Source: Candidatus Cloacimonadales bacterium
GTDB taxonomy: Bacteria; Cloacimonadota; Cloacimonadia; Cloacimonadales; JAFGVF01
Reading direction: 5' to 3'
Length of the DNA stretch: 64,000 nt
Assembly: GCA_963663475.2 (NCBI GenBank)
Contig: CAXXJV010000001.1
Span: 1,984,001 to 2,048,000 of the forward strand
Part shown: positions 49,174 to 57,750 of the stretch, piece after piece
Numbering within the stretch: the first letter of the stretch is position 1
How the letters are laid out: each line of letters opens with the position of its first letter
The notes under the pieces: model-generated
What the model saw: the letters and a program-made list of their open reading frames with translations, nothing else
What the model was told of the DNA's origin: nothing
Databases searched by the model: none
Translations under genes and position numbers: made by a program

Positions 49174-49263
49174 TTAAAAAAGCCAAGAACTAAATTTTAT
49201 ATTGACAAGATACTTATCAGCATAATTATACTATACAACAAAATAATAGATTAGGAGTATAAA

Positions 49264-51054
49264 ATGGAAATGCGATGGTCTTTAAATGAACTATATGAAA
49301 GCTTTGATTCAAAAGAATATAAAGATGATCTTGATAAATTAGATTTATTAATCTCTAAAATAAATAATCACGCTAAATATTTAACCGATAATATGGAAAA
49401 ATTTGATCAAGATGATAAAGTTAAAGTTTTAGAAGATAAATTACAAAATGATTTAGAGGTTGATGATGTCCTTGAGAGACTTCACTCTTTTGCAGGACTT
49501 ACTAATTCAACTGATGTAGAAAACGCAGAATCTATAAAGTATTTGCAAGTACTTGATGATAAATTTGTTAAGATGACTGATGCAAATGTTAAATTTAATA
49601 AATGGATTTGCAGCATCTCTGATTTAGATCAGCTTATCCAAAAATCAGATTTCTTGAAAGAACATTCTTATCATTTGCATGAGATAGCAAAGAAGAAAGA
49701 TTATCTCTTGTCAGATGAACTAGAATTAATGTATGCAAAATTGCAACAATCTGGTTCTTCTGCTTGGGTGAGACTGCAATCAAATATTATATCAACTCTA
49801 ATGGTGGATCTTGAAGAAGATGGTAAAATAAGACAAGAACCTCTTCCTGTTATCCGTAATATGGCATATGATAAAAATGCTGACTTAAGAAAAAAAGCTT
49901 ATGAAGCTGAACTAGAATCCTATAAGAAAGTTGATCAGGTTATAGCAGCTTCTTTGAATGCTATTAAAGGTGAAGTAATTACTATGTGCCAACAAAGAGG
50001 CTATAAATCACCTCTAGAAATGACTTTATTAAACAGTAGAATGGAAGAATCAACTTTAAATGCTATGCTTGAAGCCATTAGAGAGTCTTTACCAGAATTT
50101 AGAAAATACCTGAAAAGAAAAGCTGAATTATTAGGTCATAAAAATGGATTACCATTCTATGATTTGTTTGCTCCCATGGGCCAAGCAGATATGACTTACT
50201 CTTATGAAGAAGCTAAAGATTTTATTGTAAAAAATTTCGCTAAGTTTAGTCAGAAGTTATCTGATTTTGCTAACCATGCTTTCAAAAACAACTGGATTGA
50301 CGCTGAACCTAGAAAGGGTAAACGTGGGGGAGCCTTCTGCTCTAGTATCCATTCTCTAGGACAATCAAGAATTCTATCTAACTTCACAGGTTCTTTTTCT
50401 GATGTTTCTACTTTGGCTCATGAACTAGGTCATGGATATCACAGCCATGTCTTAAACTCTCAAACCTCTTTAAACTCTGGTTACCCAATGCCTTTAGCTG
50501 AAACTGCTTCTATCTTTTGTGAAACAATTATCAATAACTCAGTCTTAGAAAATGCTAGTCCTGAACAAACATATACTTTGCTTGAAGGTAGAATTTCTGA
50601 CTCCACTCAAACCATAGTTGATATTTATAGTAGATTCTTATTTGAATCAGCACTTTTTGAAAAGAGAAAAGACTTTGATTTAACAGTAGAAGAACTCAAA
50701 AATACTATGCTACAAGCACAAAAAGAAGCTTATGGCGATGGATTAGATAATAATTATATGCACCCTTATATGTGGGCTTGCAAACCTCACTATTATTATG
50801 TCGAAGCTAATTTCTACAATTTCCCGTATGCTTTTGGCCAGCTATTTGCTTTAGGTTTGTATGCTGAGTATCAAAAACGCGGTCAATCTTTCTTGGAAGA
50901 TTATGATAAGCTTCTAGAAGCAACTGGTAAGAATGATATTTCAGACGTCACTAAATTAATGGGAATTGATGTTAATTCAGTTGAGTTTTGGAGATCTTCA
51001 CTACAAGTGATTATTGATGATATTCACAAATTTCTTGAGGTTAGTGAAAAATAA
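49264..51054 (+). CDS. pepF: M3B oligoendopeptidase F family peptidase
   Basis: 'WSLNELY', 'GKRGGAFC', 'TLAHELGHGYH', 'AETASIF', 'FYNFPYAFG'. Confidence 0.92.
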   Translation: MEMRWSLNELYESFDSKEYKDDLDKLDLLISKINNHAKYLTDNMEKFDQDDKVKVLEDKLQNDLEVDDVLERLHSFAGLTNSTDVENAESIKYLQVLDDKFVKMTDANVKFNKWICSISDLDQLIQKSDFLKEHSYHLHEIAKKKDYLLSDELELMYAKLQQSGSSAWVRLQSNIISTLMVDLEEDGKIRQEPLPVIRNMAYDKNADLRKKAYEAELESYKKVDQVIAASLNAIKGEVITMCQQRGYKSPLEMTLLNSRMEESTLNAMLEAIRESLPEFRKYLKRKAELLGHKNGLPFYDLFAPMGQADMTYSYEEAKDFIVKNFAKFSQKLSDFANHAFKNNWIDAEPRKGKRGGAFCSSIHSLGQSRILSNFTGSFSDVSTLAHELGHGYHSHVLNSQTSLNSGYPMPLAETASIFCETIINNSVLENASPEQTYTLLEGRISDSTQTIVDIYSRFLFESALFEKRKDFDLTVEELKNTMLQAQKEAYGDGLDNNYMHPYMWACKPHYYYVEANFYNFPYAFGQLFALGLYAEYQKRGQSFLEDYDKLLEATGKNDISDVTKLMGIDVNSVEFWRSSLQVIIDDIHKFLEVSEK

Positions 51055-51071
51055 TTAATAAGAGATTTTAC

Positions 51072-51114
51072 AGGATGCAGATTTTTAACTATATCAATTG
51101 TCTGCATCCTTTTT
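51072..51114 (+). terminator. Terminator between pepF and the convergent tRNA cluster
   Basis: aggatgcaga...tctgcatcct followed by a T tract. Confidence 0.6.
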
Positions 51115-51143
51115 GTTTGTTCTTTCAAAGGTAAATAAAATAA

Positions 51144-51218
51144 TGGAGCGGGTAATGGGGATTGAACCCACGACTCCAAAGTTGGGAACCTTGTGCTCTA
51201 CCACTGAGCTATACCCGC
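51144..51218 (-). tRNA. tRNA-Gly(CCC)
   Basis: GCGGGTATAGCTCAGTGGTAGAGC...TTCCCAA...GGTTCAATCCC...TCCA. Confidence 0.95.
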
Positions 51219-51228
51219 TCTGATAAAG

Positions 51229-51253
51229 AAAAAAAAGCCGACTTTCGTCGGCT
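51229..51253 (-). terminator. Intrinsic terminator inside the tRNA cluster
   Basis: Minus strand AGCCGAC-GAAA-GTCGGC followed by 8 T. Confidence 0.8.
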
Positions 51254-51258
51254 AAATA

Positions 51259-51333
51259 TGGAGCGGGAAATGGGGTTCGAACCCACGACCCCAACGTTGG
51301 CAACGTTGTGCTCTACCACTGAGCTACTCCCGC
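51259..51333 (-). tRNA. tRNA-Gly(GCC)
   Basis: Cloverleaf, anticodon loop TTGCCAA, encoded CCA. Confidence 0.97.
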
Positions 51334-51345
51334 TTTAAAAATATA

Positions 51346-51432
51346 TGGTACCAGAGACCGGACTTGAACCGGTACGGTATTGCTACCGAGGGATTTTAAG
51401 TCCCTTGTGTCTACCATTTCCACCACTCCGGC
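51346..51432 (-). tRNA. tRNA-Leu(TAA)
   Basis: 87 nt, long variable arm, anticodon loop CTTAAAA, encoded CCA. Confidence 0.97.
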
Positions 51433-51494
51433 ATAATAACTTCTTAAGAAAAGTAATTATTGATTACATGGAAGAATATGAATTAAATTAAGAA

Positions 51495-51569
51495 TGGAGC
51501 GGGAAATGGGGTTCGAACCCACGACCCCAACGTTGGCAACGTTGTGCTCTACCACTGAGCTACTCCCGC
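51495..51569 (-). tRNA. tRNA-Gly(GCC)
   Basis: Identical to 51259-51333. Confidence 0.97.
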
Positions 51570-51583
51570 TTTAAAAAAATATA

Positions 51584-51670
51584 TGGTACCAGAGACCGGA
51601 CTTGAACCGGTACGGTATTGCTACCGAGGGATTTTAAGTCCCTTGTGTCTACCATTTCCACCACTCCGGC
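51584..51670 (-). tRNA. tRNA-Leu(TAA)
   Basis: Identical to 51346-51432. Confidence 0.97.
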
Positions 51671-51690
51671 ATATAATTTATTTTGAAAAA

Positions 51691-51764
51691 TGGAGGCGAC
51701 ACCCAGATTCGAACTGGGGATGGAGATTTTGCAGACCTCTGCCTTACCACTTGGCGATGTCGCC
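51691..51764 (-). tRNA. tRNA-Cys(GCA)
   Basis: GGCGACATCGCCAAGTGGTAAGGC...CTGCAAA...TCCA. Confidence 0.97.
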
Positions 51765-51808
51765 TTAATTTAATTCATATATCACACTATTAACTGTTTT
51801 AATGATAA

Positions 51809-51883
51809 TGGAGCGGGAAATGGGGTTCGAACCCACGACCCCAACGTTGGCAACGTTGTGCTCTACCACTGAGCTACTCCCGC
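51809..51883 (-). tRNA. tRNA-Gly(GCC)
   Basis: Identical third copy and first gene of the cluster. A TTGACA lies upstream at 51929-51924. Confidence 0.97.
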
Positions 51884-52046
51884 TCGACCATGTGAAAAGA
51901 TAAATATTATCTACTGCATTTCTTGTCAATATCTTTTTTAAAATTTTATTTTCTTCATCCTAGTAAGCTTGTAGGCATTTATTGAGTAATCAATAAGTTA
52001 GTTAATCTTTATTTTCCTTTAAATTTTTTAACGCAGATGTAATTTA

Positions 52047-52190
52047 ATCCGAATAATGTAGTAGATCTTTGATAGTAGCAGGTTATTGATCTACAAAAGT
52101 CAGCTAGATAATTTATTGAATATACAAATTCTATACAGTCAAGTAATGAAAGTGATTTCGCTAGAAGATTATCTGCATTTCCCTAAAAAT
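52047..52190. mobile_element. Degenerate long-form copy of the ACCC-type MITE
   Basis: atccgaataatgtagtagatctttgatagtagcag...caaaagt...gaatata aligns loosely along 8012-8174. Confidence 0.5.
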
Positions 52191-52398
52191 AACAGAACAA
52201 CTTAAAAAATGAAATTTTGAGAGGGTTTTCAATCGCTGGATTCCTTTTACTATCCTTGTATCTTCATTTACGGTATTTTGATATAACTTGGCTGATATCT
52301 AGAAATAGTTAAAGAAAAATTAAAAAAACATCAAAATCTCAAGATTAAAAAGTAGACAATTAAAAAAAGGTTGACTAAAAAATGAATGTTATTCAGTT

Positions 52399-53757
52399 TT
52401 GCTATTACGTAAAACAAAAAATAATAATGGAGATTATATGAAAAAAAGTTTTATCACACTTATTTTTTTAGCAATGATTATTGCTTTAGTCGGTAACGGG
52501 ATTAGTCTTAACTCTATGGGTCCTAAAGCAGGAGCTATGGGTGGTGCCTTTGTAGGTCAAGCAGATGATGCAACAGCCGTATTTTGGAATCCAGCTGGTC
52601 TAGTAGGCCAAAGAGCTTCTTTTACTGCTTCAATGGTTGATGTTACTTTATTTCCAACTTACAAAAATGATGATTATGCAATTGATGCTGAAGCTGATGA
52701 TGTTCGTTTTATTTCCCCTCATATTTTTGCTAATTACTCTAAAGATAAATTTGCTTGGGGTTTTGGATTTTATGTACCTCATGCTTTAGGAGTTGAATGG
52801 GATGGTCAAGATTTATTAGCTTTCAATGGACCTCAAACTTATGAAGCAGCACCAGGAGTAAATCTCAATAATAATTCATATGGTAAAGTATTTGATTGGA
52901 AATCTCAGATATCCATGATTACTGTAAGTTCTTCTGCTGCCTATGAAGTTACTGATAAATTCAATGTAGGAATCTCAGTAAATATTCATCATGGCTCAAT
53001 GGAGTTAAAAAGAGGTGAAAATAGAGTAAATAATTTTACAGGCGCAATGGGACCAGATAGTCAAGGAATGCTTGATACCCAATATAGTGAAGAGGTAACT
53101 GGCTCAGGAACTAGCTTTAGTTTTGGTCTTCAATACCAAGCAATAGAAAATTTATCTTTTGGTATTTCTTATAGATCACCATCAATAGTAGCTTTCTCAG
53201 GAGATGCTGAATTTACTCATATGCCTTATGTTACTGAAGATGGAAATTTGATAGAAACTTCACACGAACTTTATGTTAGAAGAGATTTTGAGATTCCTTT
53301 CTGGTTGGGAGTTGGAACTTCTTGGAAGGCTAGTGATAGATGGACTTTTAATTTAGACGGTCAGATGACACGTTGGTCAACTTATGATAAACTAGTTTCT
53401 CAGATTGTCATGGAAGAAGGTGTTGAAAATGTTATTACTCATATGGAATGGGAGGATGCAATTCAAGTTAGATTTGGTACAGAATTTAAAGCTACCCAGT
53501 GTTTAGCTTTCAGAGCTGGTTATTTTTATGATCCTGCACCAGCTCCAGACGAAACACTTAACATCCTTTTCCCATCTTCAACCAATCATAATGCTACCTT
53601 AGGTTCTGGTTATACTTATAATAATTTCTCAATCGATTTAGCCCTTGAATACTATTTTGGCCAAGAAAGAGAAGTTGAAGCAGAGGCTCACAATATGGCT
53701 GGTAGTCATCAAATGGATATATTTGCCTATATTCTAGGATTGACATATAGTTTCTAA
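52399..53757 (+). CDS. OmpP1/FadL/TodX-family outer-membrane transporter (probable start ATG 52438)
   Basis: 'AMGGAFVGQADDATAVFWNPAGL', beta-barrel pattern, terminal Phe. Confidence 0.9.
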   Translation: MLLRKTKNNNGDYMKKSFITLIFLAMIIALVGNGISLNSMGPKAGAMGGAFVGQADDATAVFWNPAGLVGQRASFTASMVDVTLFPTYKNDDYAIDAEADDVRFISPHIFANYSKDKFAWGFGFYVPHALGVEWDGQDLLAFNGPQTYEAAPGVNLNNNSYGKVFDWKSQISMITVSSSAAYEVTDKFNVGISVNIHHGSMELKRGENRVNNFTGAMGPDSQGMLDTQYSEEVTGSGTSFSFGLQYQAIENLSFGISYRSPSIVAFSGDAEFTHMPYVTEDGNLIETSHELYVRRDFEIPFWLGVGTSWKASDRWTFNLDGQMTRWSTYDKLVSQIVMEEGVENVITHMEWEDAIQVRFGTEFKATQCLAFRAGYFYDPAPAPDETLNILFPSSTNHNATLGSGYTYNNFSIDLALEYYFGQEREVEAEAHNMAGSHQMDIFAYILGLTYSF

Positions 53758-53778
53758 CAAGAAGTAAATTAATAACTT

Positions 53779-53810
53779 AAAGACCTGATTATGTCAGGTC
53801 TTTTCTCTTT
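53779..53810 (+). terminator. Intrinsic terminator
   Basis: aaagacctga-ttatg-tcaggtcttt followed by a T-rich tail. Confidence 0.8.
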
Positions 53811-53905
53811 TTTACTTTTTTAATCAGGTAACTTTGAATAGTGGTTACAATAAAATACTTGACTAATCTATAAGGATAAAAAAAATCACATTAACGAGGT
53901 AATTA

Positions 53906-54322
53906 ATGTTAGAAATTGATAATCAAAGTGATAGATGTATCGATACTGATAGTCTTGAATCTATCTATAACTTAATATTAGAGAAAGAGAAGAGAGAAAA
54001 AAAAGAACTTGCTTTACTCTTAGTTGATAATGGGAAAAGTAAGTTTTTTAATAAAAAGTTTCGCGGTAAAGATAGTGAAACTGATGTTATTTCTTTTTCC
54101 TCAGAACTAGCATTTTTACCAACCTATGGTGATATGATAATTGACCTTTCTGTTGCTGATAGACAGAGGGGGGAGAATACTTTAGATTATGAAGTTATTG
54201 TCTTGTTTATTCATGGACTACTTCACTTGTTAGGTTATGACCATTTGGCAAAAAAAGACCAAGATGTCATGAGCAAAAAAGAAAAAGAATATATTAACTT
54301 ATTTAAAAAGGAGATACTTTAA
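53906..54322 (+). CDS. ybeY: rRNA maturation endoribonuclease YbeY
   Basis: 'TDVISF' and 'HGLLHLLGYDH'. Confidence 0.95.
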   Translation: MLEIDNQSDRCIDTDSLESIYNLILEKEKREKKELALLLVDNGKSKFFNKKFRGKDSETDVISFSSELAFLPTYGDMIIDLSVADRQRGENTLDYEVIVLFIHGLLHLLGYDHLAKKDQDVMSKKEKEYINLFKKEIL

Positions 54323-54324
54323 TA

Positions 54325-55617
54325 GTGGACGACTCGCTTCCATATCTGACATTATTGTTGTTATTAGTGTTATCCGCGTTTTTTTCAGGTTCAGAAACTG
54401 CTTTTTTTTCTATAAATAAATTGCAGATTAAAAAATTAGAGAGTAATAAAGATAAAAGCTCTAAAAGAATCTTAAGATTAATTAAGAATCCAACTTATTT
54501 GTTGATTATAATTTTATTGAGTAATACTCTTGTTAATATTGCTGTTTCGTCTATTTCGACAATTTTAGCAATAGAACTCAATAAAACTTATCACTGGTTT
54601 GCTAATAATACTAGCCCAGTTTTAATTGCAATTCAAATTGCTATAACTACTATTGCCCTACTTACCATGGGGGAGATTATACCTAAACTCTTTGCTTTCG
54701 GTAATAGTGAAAAATTTGCTGGTTTTTCAAGTATTATATTACTTCCCTTAAGCTATATTTTATATCCACTTTTAAAACCATTAGAATGGATTATTACCCT
54801 AGTCTCAAAAAAGAATGTAATTTCTGATAATGATAATTTGAGTATTACTTCTGAAGATTTTAAGAATCTCATTAAATCAGAATCAGCTGACCATCCTCTT
54901 GAAGATAATGAAAAAGAGATAATTGCTGGAATCTTTAGATTCTCCAGTACAGAAGTTAGAGAAATTATTATGCCAAGAGTTGATATTGTAGCTGTTGAGG
55001 AAGAAGAATCTATTGAAGACTTAAAGGATAAGATTAGAGATTTTGGTTATTCCAGAATACCTGTTTATAGCGAAACAATAGATAATATCACAGGTATTAT
55101 TAATGTAAAAGACTTAATTATAAATAATGGCTATAAGGACATTAAAGAATTAAAGAGACCTGCTTTCTTTGTCACTGAAAATACTAAGATTCAAGTTCTT
55201 TTCAATCATTTCCAGGCTAATAAAATGCAAATAGCTATTGTTGTTGATGAATATGGTGGAACAGCAGGTTTGGTTACTCTTGAAGACATTTTAGAAGAGT
55301 TAGTGGGTGATATTCTTGATGAATATGATGCTGACGAACCTAAAGAAATTGACGAAATTGAAGATAACCTCTACATCCTATCTGGTAAACTTAGTATTTC
55401 CGAGATTAACGAGAAATTCTCTTTAGATATTGATTCTGAAGAATATGATAATTTAGCTGATTATCTCTTATCAGAGCTTAATCATATCCCTCATGAAGGT
55501 GAGATTTATGAGTTAGAAAACCTAGCTAAATTCACAGTTACTTCTATTAATGGTCAGAGAATTGAATTTGTAAAACTTGAAATTATTAGTGAAGACGAGA
55601 ATGATGAAAAGAGTTAA
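54325..55617 (+). CDS. CNNM/DUF21-CBS-CorC (hemolysin-like) transporter-associated protein
   Basis: 'SAFFSGSETAFFS', 'GEIIPK', 'YSRIPVY', 'VVDEYGGTAGLVTLEDILEELVG'. Confidence 0.92.
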   Translation: MDDSLPYLTLLLLLVLSAFFSGSETAFFSINKLQIKKLESNKDKSSKRILRLIKNPTYLLIIILLSNTLVNIAVSSISTILAIELNKTYHWFANNTSPVLIAIQIAITTIALLTMGEIIPKLFAFGNSEKFAGFSSIILLPLSYILYPLLKPLEWIITLVSKKNVISDNDNLSITSEDFKNLIKSESADHPLEDNEKEIIAGIFRFSSTEVREIIMPRVDIVAVEEEESIEDLKDKIRDFGYSRIPVYSETIDNITGIINVKDLIINNGYKDIKELKRPAFFVTENTKIQVLFNHFQANKMQIAIVVDEYGGTAGLVTLEDILEELVGDILDEYDADEPKEIDEIEDNLYILSGKLSISEINEKFSLDIDSEEYDNLADYLLSELNHIPHEGEIYELENLAKFTVTSINGQRIEFVKLEIISEDENDEKS

Positions 55618-55689
55618 GTTCTCTCATTTAAAAAGAGTAGTGGGTAGAGAAATTATCTATAAAAAATAATAATAAAGAAGATTGATACT

Positions 55690-56073
55690 ATGAATAAAAT
55701 TAAAATATTTTATGGGATTTTACTAGCTTTATGGTTTGTCGCCAGTGTGATTACTTCTATTCTACCATCTGAGTCAATCCCAATTGATTATATATTTGGT
55801 TATGATAAGTTACTTCATGCTATTAAATTTGCTATATTTTCCATTATCCTTTATAATTTTTTGCACTATACAAAGCTGAAGTATGCAAACAAATTATTAA
55901 TTTATATACCACTCCAGTTTTATCCTATTATAGATGAATTGCTACAATTACATGTCCCAAGTAGGTCTTATAGTGCCTATGATATTTTAGCTAACTATGT
56001 AGGCTTATTGATTGGATTAATTGTGGCTATATTTATTAGATTGTTTATTCATGGTAAGGGAATATTAAAATGA
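55690..56073 (+). CDS. VanZ-like membrane protein
   Basis: 'DKLLHA', 'DELLQ..VPSR', 'DILAN'. Confidence 0.85.
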   Translation: MNKIKIFYGILLALWFVASVITSILPSESIPIDYIFGYDKLLHAIKFAIFSIILYNFLHYTKLKYANKLLIYIPLQFYPIIDELLQLHVPSRSYSAYDILANYVGLLIGLIVAIFIRLFIHGKGILK

Positions 56074-57284
56074 AACTAAAAAATATATCTTCAGCTGATA
56101 CTCAGAACTGGAGAAATGCTGAGCAACTAATTTATGATGTCATGAAATTACATGATTTTGAAGAAGTTAGATTATCATTGCTTCAAGAGAGCCAGATGCT
56201 GAAAAAGTGTCTTAAACGAGATTTTTATACTGATGAAAAGGATACTAGGAATCCAAATGTTATGATTGATTTGTGTTTGGATCAGAATATTAGTCTCCGT
56301 CCTGAAGGTACTATTAACTTGTTGTCTAATTTCCTTAACAACTATGATAATAGCAAAGCTCTTAAATACTATTATTTAGGAAATATGATTAGGATTGTTG
56401 ATAATGAAGTTGAGGAAACATATAGATTAGGAGCAGAGATTTATGGTGATGAGACTATAGTTTCTGATATTACAGTGATTGACACAGCATTAAAACTTTT
56501 AAATGCCTTTGGTTTTAAATCTACTCTAGTTGAGATAAATTCCTTTGGTTGTGAAGATTGTATCCTTACTCTGCCTAAGGTTCTTATGAAAGATTCTCTA
56601 GATAAGACACAGTCTCCTGAAAAAGAAACAAGAATTACCTCAAATTACTATCAGAATTCCTTAGAAAACTCTAATTATTGTCCTGAATGTCAAGCAAGAC
56701 TTCATAAGATAAGACATTTCCTTTCCAACCTAATGATAAAGTATAAATACAATCCAGATTTAACAAGAACTTACAATTATTATAATGCCATGGTTTTTAA
56801 CATCTATATTCAACAGGGAGATGAGAATATTCTTGTTGGTGGTGGTGGTAGATATGATCATTTAACTGAGTATGTGACTGGTAGAAAAATTCCTTCCATT
56901 GGCTTTGATCTAAATCTTGATACTATATATGAGCTGGTAAAAAAGAATAATCTTTTCCCAGATAACAGCTTTGAATTCAAAGTCTTTATATGTTCAGAAT
57001 CTGAAGATCTTTTACTCAATGAAATGCAAATTCTCCAAGAACTCCATAAAAAAATGATTTATACAATCCAGGGAAAAGTAACTCCTAGCTCTCATAAAGC
57101 CTTAGAATTAGCTAAGGAAGAAAGCTGCTCTGTCATGATTTATATTGATAATGAATCACTCTATAAAGGCAAAGTTGAAGTTGTTAATCTACACAAAGAA
57201 CATGGTTATCATGTATCTTTAGATGCTATTATTGATGAATTAGAAATTATTAAAAAATCTATAAAACAACAGTTGTTTATATGA
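56070..57284 (+). CDS. Histidyl-tRNA synthetase-like protein (divergent HisS/HisZ-type paralog)
   Basis: 'SLRPEGT', 'GGGRYDHL', class II fold and a C-terminal anticodon-binding-like domain. Motif 2 is degenerate. Confidence 0.7.
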   Translation: MKLKNISSADTQNWRNAEQLIYDVMKLHDFEEVRLSLLQESQMLKKCLKRDFYTDEKDTRNPNVMIDLCLDQNISLRPEGTINLLSNFLNNYDNSKALKYYYLGNMIRIVDNEVEETYRLGAEIYGDETIVSDITVIDTALKLLNAFGFKSTLVEINSFGCEDCILTLPKVLMKDSLDKTQSPEKETRITSNYYQNSLENSNYCPECQARLHKIRHFLSNLMIKYKYNPDLTRTYNYYNAMVFNIYIQQGDENILVGGGGRYDHLTEYVTGRKIPSIGFDLNLDTIYELVKKNNLFPDNSFEFKVFICSESEDLLLNEMQILQELHKKMIYTIQGKVTPSSHKALELAKEESCSVMIYIDNESLYKGKVEVVNLHKEHGYHVSLDAIIDELEIIKKSIKQQLFI

Positions 57285-57745
57285 AGATAATCAATGCGAC
57301 TTTATGTTATATTCAAAAGAATGATAAAACCCTAATGTTGCATCGGGTAAAAAAAGAAAATGATATACATCAAGACAAATGGAATGGTTTAGGGGGTAAG
57401 TTTGAGTCAGGAGAATCACCAGAAGACTGTTTATTGAGAGAAGTAAAAGAAGAGAGTGGCCTTACTTTAACAGATTTTAGACTAGTAGGTTTACTTTCTT
57501 TTCCAAAATTTGATGGTTCGAATGATTGGCAAGTATTTCTCTATCAAGCTAGTGATTTTAAAGGTAACATAATTGAGTCTGAAGAAGGAAACTTAAAGTG
57601 GATTGCTAATAAAGAGCTTCTAGATTTAAATTTATGGCCAGGAGATAAAATATTTTTAAAATGGATGTTAGAAGATAGATTTTTCTCAGCAAAATTTATC
57701 TATCATAATAAAGAGTTACAAGACTATTCAGTAAAATTCTATTGA
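57281..57745 (+). CDS. NUDIX hydrolase, 8-oxo-dGTPase (MTH1/MutX-like)
   Basis: Nudix box 'GGKFESGESPEDCLLREVKEESG' and 'WNGLGGK'. Confidence 0.9.
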   Translation: MKIINATLCYIQKNDKTLMLHRVKKENDIHQDKWNGLGGKFESGESPEDCLLREVKEESGLTLTDFRLVGLLSFPKFDGSNDWQVFLYQASDFKGNIIESEEGNLKWIANKELLDLNLWPGDKIFLKWMLEDRFFSAKFIYHNKELQDYSVKFY

Positions 57746-57750
57746 AATAA

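Noticed and set aside
51094-51768. ORFs 51094-51303 and 51583-51768
   Set aside because: They overlap tRNA genes and are spurious translations.
55601-55669. 22-codon basic ORF (MMKRVKFSHLKRVVGREIIYKK) overlapping the CNNM gene end
   Set aside because: Too short to support without conservation or ribosome data, and the RBS is weak.
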